A DNA stretch of 64,000 nt from Macrostomum hystrix (taxonomy: Eukaryota > Animalia > Platyhelminthes): the NCBI GenBank assembly GCA_950097015.1, contig CATNEN010000011.1, positions 4,092,001 to 4,156,000 of the forward strand, given 5' to 3'. Shown piece by piece: positions 22,001-37,156 of the stretch. Numbering within the stretch: position 1 is the first letter of the stretch; each line of letters begins with the position of its first letter. The position numbers were made by a program, and so were the translations under genes. The notes below the pieces were generated by a model. The model saw only the letters and a list, made by a program, of their open reading frames with translations. It did no database searches and was not told the origin of the DNA.

Positions 22001-25000
22001 GCACCATCGGCGCTGACCTCCAAATGATGAAGAAGAAGGCTGCGGTTTCGCGATGCACCGTCAGAATGTGCTCCCTCCAGTGCGACCCAGCGACTGGCGA
22101 AGGCTGAGAAGCTCGGCTCAAGGCTGAACGAGATGTCAGTTTTGAAATTCGCATTCCTTGCAGCTGGTCGGCGGTCGTAAGAAATATTTGCTCGGAATGC
22201 CGCTTCTGTGGTTACTAAAACTGCCTAAAAAGATACAAGCATTACAGGTAATTATGTCTCATTAACTCGTACACTGGCGATAGTCCATGAGCATACCTGC
22301 CCTAAACTGGTCGGTACTCGCAAAGTAGACGGTGTCCAAACCGACTCAAAACTAGCAGCTTCCGACGCTTTGCCTAGCAGCAGGCGCTTGAGATCTCCAA
22401 TCGAACCGCCAGAGACCCAGTCGATCGAGACAGCGACATTGCCGAGGCGTTGAACAATGGTCGCAGAATCGCCTCTGATGTTTGAAGAGCCCCTGGTTAG
22501 TCCGATATCTAGCAGTGGAGCGGCGAATCCATTCAGTGGGCAGTGAAGCACAAGTTGAAATTCCGCTCGGGACGGAAGTGAGATACCAGGCGTCAAGCTG
22601 CCTTCCCAGTCCAGTTCATAGCGGACGTCAAGTCTATCGCCTAGCAGACGAAGCTTGTCAGCTAGAACACTCCTGACTGCCGCTGAAGCAGTTTCACTGA
22701 AAAGTTTCGGAGGCTGCTTCACCAGTTGACGCAATTGTTTTACTGCGATATTGTCAACGAGGTTTTCTTCGTCAGCGCCTTCGGCGTTGCTAAGGCGTCG
22801 TCGAGCGTGAGCGAATGCGTAGGCAGCTAGGTGGGAGTCTGACTGGCTTGTGCTTAGCCATAAGCTCTCAATCGCCTGTGACAAAGGACGCGATCTAAAA
22901 AAGCAAGATTTTTAAGCAACTTTGTTACGCTCTGAATAACAACGATTTCGGTAGAGGAAGTCAGTAAATAAATCTATGAAAAGATACCAGATGGAGTTAT
23001 AAAATGCTGCCTAAATTAGACAAAGTATGGTTTTTAAGAGCTTTGGGCTCTTAACTGAGTTATTATTGAGTTCTAGTCTATTAAAAAAACTTTTTTATGA
23101 CTTTCTAAGAAATTTCTAATTGGAAACGGTAAAGTTTCACACAAGCTAGTTAGAACTTGTGTTAAGTGTTGGTGTGGCTGCCCTTCAAGTCCTATGAATG
23201 CACAACGAAATAACGGTGGCTAACTCATAAGGATTGCCCTGTAGCTAAGTCAAGTAGGTCAAGTGCGTTGGGCAGGGGTCGGCAAACTCCGGCCCGCGGG
23301 CCTAATGCGCCCCTCGAAGCTCACCAAATCCGTCCCATTGCCCCTTCCAACACCTATAGCATCTTTCATTGTCTCATCTCTCCCGTGTCTCATCTCTCCC
23401 GTGTCTCATCTCTCCCCAGTCTTATCTCTCCCCAGTCTCATCTCTCCCGTGTCTCATCTCTCCCCAGTCTTATCTCTCCCCAGTCTCATCTCTCCCCAGT
23501 CTTATCTCTCCCCAGTCTCATCTCTCCCGTGTCTCATCTCTCCCCTGTTTTGAACAATGCTAATAGGCATGATATAAAAAACAAATCACTTCCGGTCATA
23601 ATGCTCTACCTACGAGTTTTCACTAGACGGTTGCGGGAGCAGTGCCCTCACGACAGCAGCTCGCAGTCTGTGTGAGGAATCATCGCTAAAGGACTCCTTC
23701 AGCAACAGCCGCTCCAATGCAGATGTGGCCAACGCCGTCGGTAGCAATCTGCCGAGGGTCTCGACAGCCAACAGTCGCCTGGCAATTGGTGAACTATCAG
23801 CTTCGATTATGCCTGCGGTGGCTTGGATCACAGACTCAGTTGTCACTACGGGTCCCAGATTCCCAATCGCCAGTAGAGCCCAATCGGTCAGCTGACTTGG
23901 GGTCTGTAAATAAAGGTTGGAGAAAAAAATGTGAAACGGCCAACTATTTACGAAATTCAGCCAATTAATCTGTTGATAATTTACTAACTTCTGCACTTTG
24001 ACCGTAGTACATTTTCTGTATCAGATTAACTTCAATAAAAATTCATAGGTTAATTGCAAACGTATTTCTGAGGGCACTGACTGGCACATAATTAAGTGAG
24101 GAGATGAGGCAATTCTGCCCATTCCGCTAACTCAGCACATACGTTTAAAAATACCGTAGACAAGCACAATCACACAGGTTTGTACATCTGTCCTGAATTT
24201 CTTATCTTCATGCAGTACACGCTCTCACTATGTCTTGGGAGTTGACCATCAAGGCCGTAAGTTGCGCTGGCATCCAAGCCTTCTCTCGGGGGGGTCGGTG
24301 GCAGAGCGGTCTAACGCGTTTACCTCTCGCATCAAGGTCCCTGAGCTCGATTCTGCGGCGTGGCCACATTCATTTGGGGCTGCAGCCGCGGAGAAAAGGC
24401 TTGGGGGTTTGTCGTGAAATTTACGCCTTTGAGGGCCAACCTCGAAGGTACAGTGAGAGTGTACACTTGCCTGACAATGACAAAGTCAGGGCAGATGTAC
24501 ACACCTATGTAACATCTATCAGTGTTGTGTGTGCTTAGGAGTCAACGAAATGGGCAGAATTGCCTCCTCGCTGGCTGCAGGTCTAGTGTCACCAAATGAT
24601 GCGCCATTGCATGCAGCCGTCCTGCAATTATTAATATTATTAAGCCTTCTCTCCGTGGCTGCGCCTTAAATGAATGTGCTGCGGAATCGAGCTCAAGTAA
24701 TTTAACGCAAGAGGCACATCCGCTTACCGCTCCGCTATTCATAACACCTGTATTTTTTATATTTCTAAATTAGCAAAACCAGACAACCCTGTTATTATTC
24801 TTATTTTACCGCTCTCCTAATGGAGCCATCTTCGGTCAAAAAATTCGCCAACAAGCCGGACAATGCCGTTGTCAAGTCGGAGGATTTCCGCGCTATCGCG
24901 GACACGGCGAGCATGGCTGGTCCGACATCGGCTACTCGGCAGGTAGAGTTGAGCTGGCCAGCTAGACAACCTCGCAGAAAATCGACCCCGCTTTTCAGCG

Positions 25001-28000
25001 CGACAGACGACAACGACTTGTTAGGCGGGTTACTCGAAGCGGCTTCAATAGTGACAATTCTCAGCAGACGCTCTCGTTCTTGAGGGCTTAACATCGTTGA
25101 AGGATTTTCTGAGACGGCAGCTAAAAGATGAAACATAGCAACAATCGCGGGATCCACATTAGCTCGAGCGAGGCTTGCCAGATACTGCCACCTTGGTTTT
25201 TGTGGTGGTAAAGACTATTTTTTGTGTTCTCTCATGTAACAAGTTCACTAAACTCAAAAAATTGCATCTAAAACCACTTAGCTGTAATGTTAAGTTATGG
25301 AGGATTAAGTATCTCATTCAAGGACACGGATATTTAACACATGCTCCAGACAGATTTCGTATTAAAAATGACTTTTTTTCTAGGATTCCTACAAACTCCT
25401 GAAAAGCAAGCAAATTTTAGGCAGGAAACTCACTGAACGTTTTTCGAGCCGGAACAGTTTGCAGTAGTCATCAGCCAATGATGCAACTGCAGCAGGGTTT
25501 CAGAGCTGCGTACATCCCGAACTCGTCTATTTAGAGTGAGTAGGAGCCCAGCTGAGTTTGACGACTCAGTCGGACTTGAGCACAAGCGCATTAGTAGAGA
25601 CTTTAGTGCCTCGAATTCTTCTAGAAAGTTCACACTGTCGCCCTCCAGATCCTCGACTTCAACATCTTGGTAGATCAGATCGGTCCGATAAAATTTATCA
25701 CTGAGCAAAGACTTCTCTGGTAAGCTAAATCGACGCTCAATTAATTTCAGGCTGCTACTGACGGTTACATCAACGGAGGCTGTCAGAGTAGGCATTGTTA
25801 ATCTGAGTTTTTCGGTGCAATCCACCTCATTCTGTGAGCCCCATATGGGATGAAGACTAGTGCTACAGTCCTGGCTACCGCCGATCAACCTGGATGCCGA
25901 CGCTTGTGACTTCAATGTGGATAAGTTGCGAGATTATTGTTACCAAAGGGCAGTAGTTTTACTCCGGATCAGAGATCGGGATCAGAGATCGGGATCAGAG
26001 ATCGGGATCAGAGATCGGGATCAGAGATCGGGATCAGAGATCGGGATCAGAGATCGGGATCAGAGATCGGGATCAGAGATCGGGATCAGAGATCGGGATC
26101 AGAGATCGGGATCAGAGATCGGGATCAGAGATCGGGATCAGAGATCGGGATCAGAGATCGGGATCAGAGATCGGGATCAGAGATCGGGATCAGAGATCGG
26201 GATCAGAGATCGGGATCAGAGATCGGGATCAGAGATCGGGATCAGAGATCGGGATCAGAGATCGGGATCAGAGATCGGGATCAGAGATCGGGATCAGAGA
26301 TCGGGATCAGAGATCGGGATCAGAGATCGGGATCAGAGATCGGGATCAGAGATCGGGATCAGAGATCGGGATCAGAGATCGGGATCAGAGATCGGGATCA
26401 GAGATCGGGATCAGAGATCGGGATCAGAGATCGGGATCAGAGATCGGGATCAGAGATCGGGATCAGAGATCGGGATCAGAGATCGGGATCAGAGATCGGG
26501 ATCAGAGATCGGGATCAGAGATCGGGATCAGAGATCGGGATCAGAGATCGGGATCAGAGATCGGGATCAGAGATCGGGATCAGAGATCGGGATTTAATTT
26601 CTGATGTACTCACAATGTCTGAAAACCAACTTGAAAAACGTCGCTTGGCTGTTGAAAAACGACCGGCCATTTGGCACTCCTGAAGATTTTTGCTTTTTCG
26701 AAAACTGTTTAGTCCGGTCGCAGAGTAGTGAGTTACGCAATGACCCAGGATGTCTGTCTGTGAGTTGAAAATTGACACATTTTTTCGTAATATTAATACA
26801 CTGAGTTGACTAGCATAGACGCAAGGGCAAGGGTTCCCAAGGGTAACATGTGTGACCTTGGGCAAGAAACTGGATACCTGCATTGCTTCTGTCCACCCAA
26901 CTATTAGACGGGCATCAGCTGGCAGGGTGGAAATTAGGTTGCGTGAGGCGGCCCCCTGCTTTCCATGGATCTGACAGTCGTACAGTCTTTAGTGGTTTGG
27001 GGCGTCGGACTCATGACTTCAACATCGGGGGTTCGATTCCCGACTCCACAGGAACAATTTGTGTCCTTTGTGTCCTTGTGTCCATGGACTGAACACAGCC
27101 TTCAGGTGCGCCACGCAACAGCTGCGGCTGTGCTGTCGGCTACCCAATTAAGGCAGGTGTAATCAATAATTATTTTTTACAGACTTTAGCGCTGGCTGGT
27201 ACAGCTGGTCCCGAGCAAATCGAGCAAACAACACATCAGATGGCTCACCTCGACCAAACTTCTCGACTGAAAGAACCGGCCAGCAGACGATTGCAGCATG
27301 GACAGTAGGGCGCGGTACAGGTTGAGATGGGCGGTAGAGTTGACTGCCGATCTGTTCACAGATTCAAGCGGGCAAACAGACCGAATTCGTCCATTGCTGA
27401 GGGCGAACCTTAATGGAGGTAGCTCCGACAGTCCGGACGGTCTGTCAGGCAGACTCAGTCGAGCAAGCATATCGCAGCCATCAGAGTCCAATGCGGAGAT
27501 GGTCAACAATCCCGAGTTTATTACTCTCCTAAACGTCGATTCTCTGTCGCTGCCTTCAGCCACGCTAATCGATTGATTGAAGGCGTACTGATATTCGATT
27601 GCATGGGATGACTCGAAGCCAATTGATGGCTGACAAGCTTTTTCGGATGGCATGCAGCTGTCCATCTTGACGCCTAGAAATTTATTTAAGGAGAATCTTT
27701 AAAGTACTCGACTTCAATGCTTGGAGCTTCGGACGTCTGATCCAGAGGTCGGAAGTTCGATTTTGTACCCAAGATAAAAAACTTGTGTATAATAGATACT
27801 AGTAAAATAATTACAAGAGTGCTGGTAATGGCACGACAATTGGTGACACTAGACCCGTAGCCAGGCAATTCTGCCCATTTGGCTGACTCCTGAGCACACG
27901 CCACACAGATGTGGCGCTCACACTGGTGTGTACGGGAAGTCGGGAAGTTTAGCTTAATAGGCCCCCAAAGCCTTCTCTTCGCGGCTGCGCCCCAAATTAA

Positions 28001-28218
28001 TGTGGCCTCGAGGGGCAAAGGCTTTAATTGCTTTGCCCCTCAGCCCTGTGCATTATAGATAGTAAAACACTAGACTCTCCAGTTCTAAATGTCGCACTGG
28101 AGTCTCGGTGGATAATTCTGAACTCACCGAGAGCATGGACAGTAGCAACAGAAGATGCAAGAAGCAGCAGCAACATTGCCACAAAGGCATTCAGGCATTG
28201 TTCCTGGCCTGAAGGCAT
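13030..28218 (-). CDS. Large lipid transfer protein (apolipophorin/apoB-like, vitellogenin_N superfamily), 15 exons, ~3299 aa
   Basis: Exons 28218-28128, 27673-27249, 26757-26614, 25870-25434, 25191-24810, 23903-23614, 22894-22297, 22224-21682, 21447-21143, 21075-18873, 18766-15839, 15764-15324, 15129-14986, 14910-14481, 13568-13030. All are GT-AG and phase-consistent, summing to 9900 nt. Signal peptide; LLT N-sheet motifs PLRFALSNGRIRSVCP..LNLYRALLSMLQ and E|TDILGHCVTHY..KSKNLQEC; helical-domain LLAIGNLG; two very long exons with amphipathic beta-strand character. Confidence 0.87.
13690..14445. mobile_element. Interspersed repeat, probably a non-autonomous DNA element (intron 14 of the LLTP gene)
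   Basis: Shares blocks (aaggcc..aaggccgcac.gagg.gcagtgctaat; gggaaaa...attgaatatctc; acccccttggta.ttct) with 31780-31945. Class not determined. Confidence 0.5.
23273..23548. mobile_element. hAT-Charlie-like non-autonomous element (left end) carrying the same 16-bp minisatellite
   Basis: Starts caggggtcggcaaactccggcccgcgggcc, a MER58/Charlie-type terminus recognised from memory. Positions 23370-23545 are (GTGTCTCATCTCTCCC)n variants. It lies in LLTP intron 6. Confidence 0.65.
24100..24735 (-). mobile_element. Older SINE family A copy, split by a younger copy of the same family
   Basis: Minus-strand family-A body at 24100-24287 resumes at 24642-24735. Confidence 0.7.
24288..24641 (+). mobile_element. 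SINE family A, full length with TSD
   Basis: tRNA-like head ggggtcggtggcagagcgg...gagctcgattc, ATT tail, and 12-bp TSD AAGCCTTCTCTC at 24276-24287 and 24642-24653. Confidence 0.9.
25967..26593. repeat. Perfect 13-bp tandem array (GATCAGAGATCGG)x48, LLTP intron 3
   Basis: 624 bp / 13 = 48 units with no visible variants. Confidence 0.97.
26835..26960 (+). mobile_element. Second CORE-type SINE fragment
   Basis: tgtgtgaccttgggcaagaaactggatacctgcattgcttctgtccacccaactattagacggg matches the CORE motif, but the 3' part differs from family B. Confidence 0.5.
26985..27178 (+). mobile_element. SINE family B, internally deleted copy
   Basis: Head (tagtggtttgggcgtcggactcatgact...ggttcgattcc) joined directly to the 3' body (ccatggactgaacacagccttcaggtgcgc...aggcaggtgtaatcaataattatt). 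Confidence 0.7.
27820..28012 (-). mobile_element. SINE family A, partial copy (LLTP intron 1)
   Basis: Reverse-complement match to the family-A tail and head segments. Confidence 0.65.
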
Positions 28219-29862
28219 TGCCACGCTGACAATGCTGACAGTCGGACACTTTGCAAGCTATAATAAAAACGTATAGAGCGCTTGGCAAAAAAATGTGCTG
28301 GAAGCTAAAATTAAAGAAAATTTGATCGCAGCAAATGGCTGAGCTTAGCAGACTGACCTGTTCCTGTGTGTTCTCTCACGGCCTGCGGTGAGATAAGATT
28401 AACTGTAGAATACCGTCATTCTAATAACACTGTACACATGAAAGGAGGCCAATGTTTTCCTAAAAGCGTACGAAATCAACTCTTGACCAGGGCAAATGTA
28501 TTTTTCAAGTTCTTGCGCACGACAAAGCTAGATTGTTGTGTGCCATGCGTTCACCAATTGCCATCTGAGTTGGTCATCAGGGATTATCCGGATCTAGATC
28601 TGCCATTATCCCGATGAGAAAATATCTCATTGAGCAGGGCTATTGGTTCTGTAGTGTTTCAGTTCACCTATTTGTGTTGGGTTAGGCGCCCCCAGTCCAT
28701 GGACTGAACAGTATATGTACACAGTCTTTGGTCGCGAAGCTGCGAATGCCCACTGTCTTAATACCCCTGGCCAACTGGGCTTAGATGTCATTTCTATCTG
28801 CGATAACAATGCTCTTTATAACATAATAGACTTTTCTGTCGACTCGGACTCCGGTTTCGGACTCATGGCTTGAAGGTCGGAAGTTCGATTCCCGACTACA
28901 CTGAAGAAAGTTATGACCTTTAGCACAACACAACATTATTATTTACATATAATAGTGTGAGACGGTTGTTTGACTCAAACTTCACAAAGCAGCTCAGACA
29001 AAATACTCAACACTCAGCCCGTCGGTTCTCAACAGGCTAACTTTACAATAGAGTCTGCTACGAGCAGAGACACACAAAGGGCCGAAAATGTAAAGAGTAC
29101 AATAGATATGGAAATAATGGAACTGAAGCAAAAAGTAGTCTATAAACATTATACATAGTGCGCAGTAATTTTGGCACAAGTTGAACAGAAAGCTTTGCTG
29201 GTTTACTTTGCTTTCTAGAGTCAGCATGTGCCGTTGAGACCTCGTGAGCAAGGATCGAGACAAACGCAATTCCAAGAATCCACATTGAAACTCGAATTTC
29301 CAATCCTATTCCATCAGCCAACAAGGAAAGTTTAACGCAAACCAGTGATTATATTTCACTTAAGCTTGTTTGCACAGTCGCACGCAAGTATGGAAACACA
29401 GGCACACACAGGCACACACAGCCTACCTGGACCAACCACGAAGATATGGAACCTATGCTATAGAAAACAATGCTTAAATGAGACAGTGTTCTTAGCAGCT
29501 TGTTTTGGGTGGGAAGAAAAGAATACCTTAATACAATGTGTCAGAAAAAAGTTGTGGAAATGAGAAACAATTTTAGACTAATAGCTCGCACACTGCTGTC
29601 TCGCAATTTCCAGTCGTCAAACCGTCAGTGCGGCAACTGACAATGTGCATTCGGCAAATAAGCTAAAAAACCTCTGCTCTCCAAAGCACTTTTTACATCG
29701 TAAAAGACACACACTCACAGAGAGCCATCCAGCTCAACAAGCTGGCAACCAATTGCTCTGCTTTGCATTCACATATTTTGCGCTGAATAAAAGCCAGGCA
29801 CTCTGTTGCTGACCCACCCAGTATTCCAGGAACTCTAGCACTTTGCCATCACGAGCAGCGGC

Positions 29863-31399
29863 ATGAAACAGGAAGAGGACAAGAAGTACGAGGTCAGCGG
29901 ATCAACCTCAGATGCCGCAGCATCCGAGTTGGATTTCATTGTGAGACCTAGATTTGGTAACAAGTTTGTCATGATATCCGACCAGCAGAAGGAATTCGTG
30001 CTATTGAGCTCGGTGTTCAACAGGTTAGAGAACCCGGCTACCCAGGCTGAGGCATTGGCCCAGCTGGGCATCAAGCTCGTGTCGAAAAGTCGTGTGCAGC
30101 TAAACCTGCAGGTAGGTTTTTCCAGAAACTTGTTTTACTACGAATAAAAAGTCCCTGACAAAGTACAAAGGCTTTCGTGTGATTTACTCCAATTAAGGCC
30201 AACCCTAAGTCACAGAGAGCTGAAATATGCTGATTGTCGGTAGACACACTTGACTTACTTAACTTAGCTGCAAGATGCACCGACTCGAGCGGTCGCAGCG
30301 AGGAGAGGCGGAGGGGACCGCCCATTTCGGTAGGCCCTGGCAACCAGACGAGCGTTGGGTTTGGCCAAAGAAATTTTATCCATGCCTGGACTGGCGACAG
30401 TTCTGGGTGCTGGACCACCATGGTGTTTAGATTTCATCCAGCGCCTGATCCTGGTGCAGATGACGGAGGATGGCATCGGGGCCCCTGGTTCCGAGAGCCG
30501 GTCAGCCTTTTCGTTTCCTGAGAAGCCCGCAGGGCCAGGTATCGAATTCGATGTTAGACACACCTGTGTGACTGTGTTACTATGGATTTTTATGACAGTT
30601 GAAACCTTTTCAACATCCGACACAGGAGTACCCGCCTGGCAGGCCGAATGGCCACTCGCCGACGGAGAAGAACCAGGAGCAGCCGAGTCAGAGCGTCATT
30701 GAACTGCGCACCACCTTTGCAACACGCAATCCGGTTCTGCAGCCACTCGGAATCAAGGTCAGCTACGTCAGAGACGCGTACATCGAAGCAGAGACAGCCT
30801 ATTGCTGCCTATTCGAGGTGCACTCACCGTACGGAGATACGAACTCGGTGCCTGTACTCGGCAGAGGCAGCTTCTCTTACCTGGGTGATTCGTACAGCAA
30901 GTTGCCGAATCCGACATTAGCCCAGCGCGAGCACTGCGTCAGCGGCTTCTCTGCCGGGTTCCTGCAGAGAGCCGCCGTGTCTCTCACCTGCCTTATCTGC
31001 TTGTGCGAACTGGCGCCTCAGGACGAAGCCGCTGTTATCGAGTTCTACCGGCGTGTCGATAAAACTTACAATTACGGATACGGCGCGTACCTGGACTACC
31101 TGGTGTACTGCTGCAACACCGAGTCCAGGCTGCGAGAATCCTACCTGAAGCACATCTGCTTGGCGTTCAACAATCGCTTCACCCAGGACCTCATGACGCA
31201 GGCGTTGAAGCACTTCGTAGACAATCGTAAGCCGACGCAGCGGTATTACGAACAGGTGACTTCCATGATGACGCAGGAGGAGTTGGCCAAAGATCGCGAG
31301 GTTCACTTCTCTGTCAAGGGGAGGGCGGCAAAGGCGTCGATGTACTTAAAGAATGCAAGCCGGCAGCAACTTACCTGCTGTCCGTGTCACGTGATGTGA
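29863..31399 (+). CDS. Hypothetical protein (~390 aa) ending in a CaaX prenylation motif (TCCPCHVM*)
   Basis: Exon 1 29863-30111 (phase-0 gtaggt). Last exon 30626 (or 30599)-31399 is a 258+ codon GC-rich ORF. The middle exon is ambiguous; 30348-30500 gives a phase-consistent model. No family recognised. Confidence 0.6.
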
Positions 31400-31509
31400 C
31401 GAATATATGCAGTGCGTTATAAAAATGTAGAAAGTACATCAAACTGCTTGGCGCGCGGATCAACTGAGTCGCTAGTCCAGATCATCGCTGTCCGGCGGTA
31501 GCAACCATC

Positions 31510-31700
31510 TTCCCATAGCAGCCATCTAAGCATAGCAACCATCTAATCATAACAAACATCTAACCATAGCAACCATAGCAACAATCTACCGATAGCTACC
31601 ATCTAAACATAGCAACCATAACCAAGGTAACCATCTAACCATAGCATCCATCTACCTATAGCAACCATTTACACCCATAGCAACAATGTAGCAACCATGA
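31510..31700. repeat. Degenerate tandem repeat (CCATCTAACCATAGCAA-like)
   Basis: Direct reading. Confidence 0.7.
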
Positions 31701-31779
31701 AAGTCCAGCAAATCCGTCTGGATAAAGGTATGTGACCACCGAAGTCGGACATAATGCAGACACATTCGGGTGACATGCT

Positions 31780-31945
31780 GATCAATTTTGAAGGCCTCGC
31801 AAGGCCGCACTGAGGCGCAGTGCTAATGGGAAAAATCTGACTTTCGGCGAGAAACATTGAATATCTCTTGCGTTGCTCCGTTCGGGTGCCGGACAAAAAA
31901 TTGTCAGGGGCCAGGGAAAACCCCCTTGGTAGTTCTACTGTTAGC
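31780..31945. mobile_element. Second copy of the interspersed repeat at 13690-14445
   Basis: Shared sequence blocks as listed for 13690-14445. Confidence 0.5.
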
Positions 31946-32789
31946 GAACAAAAATTAACCAACTATTTCAATTGAACATTTACTCACATCTTCGCTAATA
32001 TATATGAGCTATTTTCTACTATTAAAAATACAATGGAGAAAAAAAACGATTCTGTTTTCGTTGTTAAAGTTCCTTTGGAAAAAAGTGAAATTTTTCTGTG
32101 TTCTAATAAGCGCACAACATCAACAGATGGCTTAAATAAAGCAATTTTATTTCATTTAGCAAGCATAAACTGCCGTACAAAAAGTCATCCCTGCTGCAAT
32201 TTCGAGTAGTGGTTGAAATATTTATGTAACTAATGTAAACAATCCAGCGAACCGATATTGCACTCTGTTGTTCATGCATTAAACAGAAATAATATGAACA
32301 AAAATACGCATTTGTTCGTAGGCAGTGCTAACTAACGGAATAAAAATAACAACAGTTTGATTAACAAGTGACTGGCGCGCCTTCAAAGACAACAAAATCC
32401 AGGACCAGAACAACTGAAAAAGCAGCCTCATATTGACAGCATCTGTAAACAATGGAATCATATCAATGAAATGGAAAGTTAAATTATAAACTTCATCCTT
32501 TTGTTTAAATCAAATCACAACACAAAAATGTAACACAGTTTTAGCATTCGAGTTTAGAATGGTGCAGTAAATCAGGTTGTAGAGTCTGTGACCTGTTACA
32601 ACAGTAGCATAAAATAACATTATAGCTTTGTTAACAAATATCTTTAGCAGAAAAAAACGGGAAATGAGAATAAAGTGAAAGAGATAATGTGCTCAAATTG
32701 TCATGTGTGGGTTTGTCCACAGTATTTGCCTGTCAAAATAATCAACAGTAAAAGGGTAGCAAAGGTCTTCAGCATAGCCTCACTCGTCA

Positions 32790-33345
32790 AAGAAAGATCT
32801 CCGTAGGAAATCCTCGCGAGGGAAATCCAATCGAGGGAATACCTTTAGTGGAAAATCTCGGCGTAGAAAAGTGACAGAAAATTCGATAGGGAAAATTAAA
32901 CGCCGTTTTCTCCATAGTGGGAAAACCTACTCGAACTAATGCAAAAGGGGGGAATCCTAATGAGAAAATCTGGACGGGAAATCCCAATACTGATAAAATA
33001 AACCCTAACAGTAAAATCACCGTGACAAACCAAGAAGCCCAGACAGGGAAATACCGATACGGGGAATCCAGATAAAAAATCAAAATGGGGAAATCTCGAT
33101 AGAAGAATCCGGATGGAAAATAAAAAAATGGGAAATCTCAATGGGGGAATCCGGAGGGGAAATAAAAATGGGAAATCTCGATGGGGAATCCAAAATGAAA
33201 AAAATCGTAGGGGGGATCCAGAATGGAGAAATCCCGATGGGAGAATCCTGATGGGAATTCTTTTAATGGGGAAATCCCGACACGGGGAATCCAAATGAGA
33301 TCACCCGATGGGAGATTTTCAGGCAAGGAAATCCCAATATGAACA
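32790..33345. repeat. Degenerate GGGAAATCC-rich low-complexity repeat downstream of Rab2
   Basis: Recurring ggg(a/g)aat(c/a)c motifs; the ORFs here are low-complexity. Confidence 0.6.
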
Positions 33346-33454
33346 TCATTCCCAAAAAAATTACATCTCGCACAACTCGCAGTAGATTTCATGCTTCTCA
33401 AAAATCTAACAATAGCGGAACACAATCTCCCAAGACTCCAATTGTGACTCCAAT

Positions 33455-37156
<3,702 letters not shown>

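Noticed and set aside
25860-26683. RDRDQRSGSEIGI repeat ORFs, superficially like an RS/RD protein or a CRISPR array
   Set aside because: A 13-bp unit lacking stops; there are no unique spacers and no cas genes, and it lies in an LLTP intron.
30330-30347. Possible 18-nt intron or stop-codon readthrough at TAG 30331
   Set aside because: The intron is too short for a typical animal spliceosome, and that frame still fails to join the last exon in phase.
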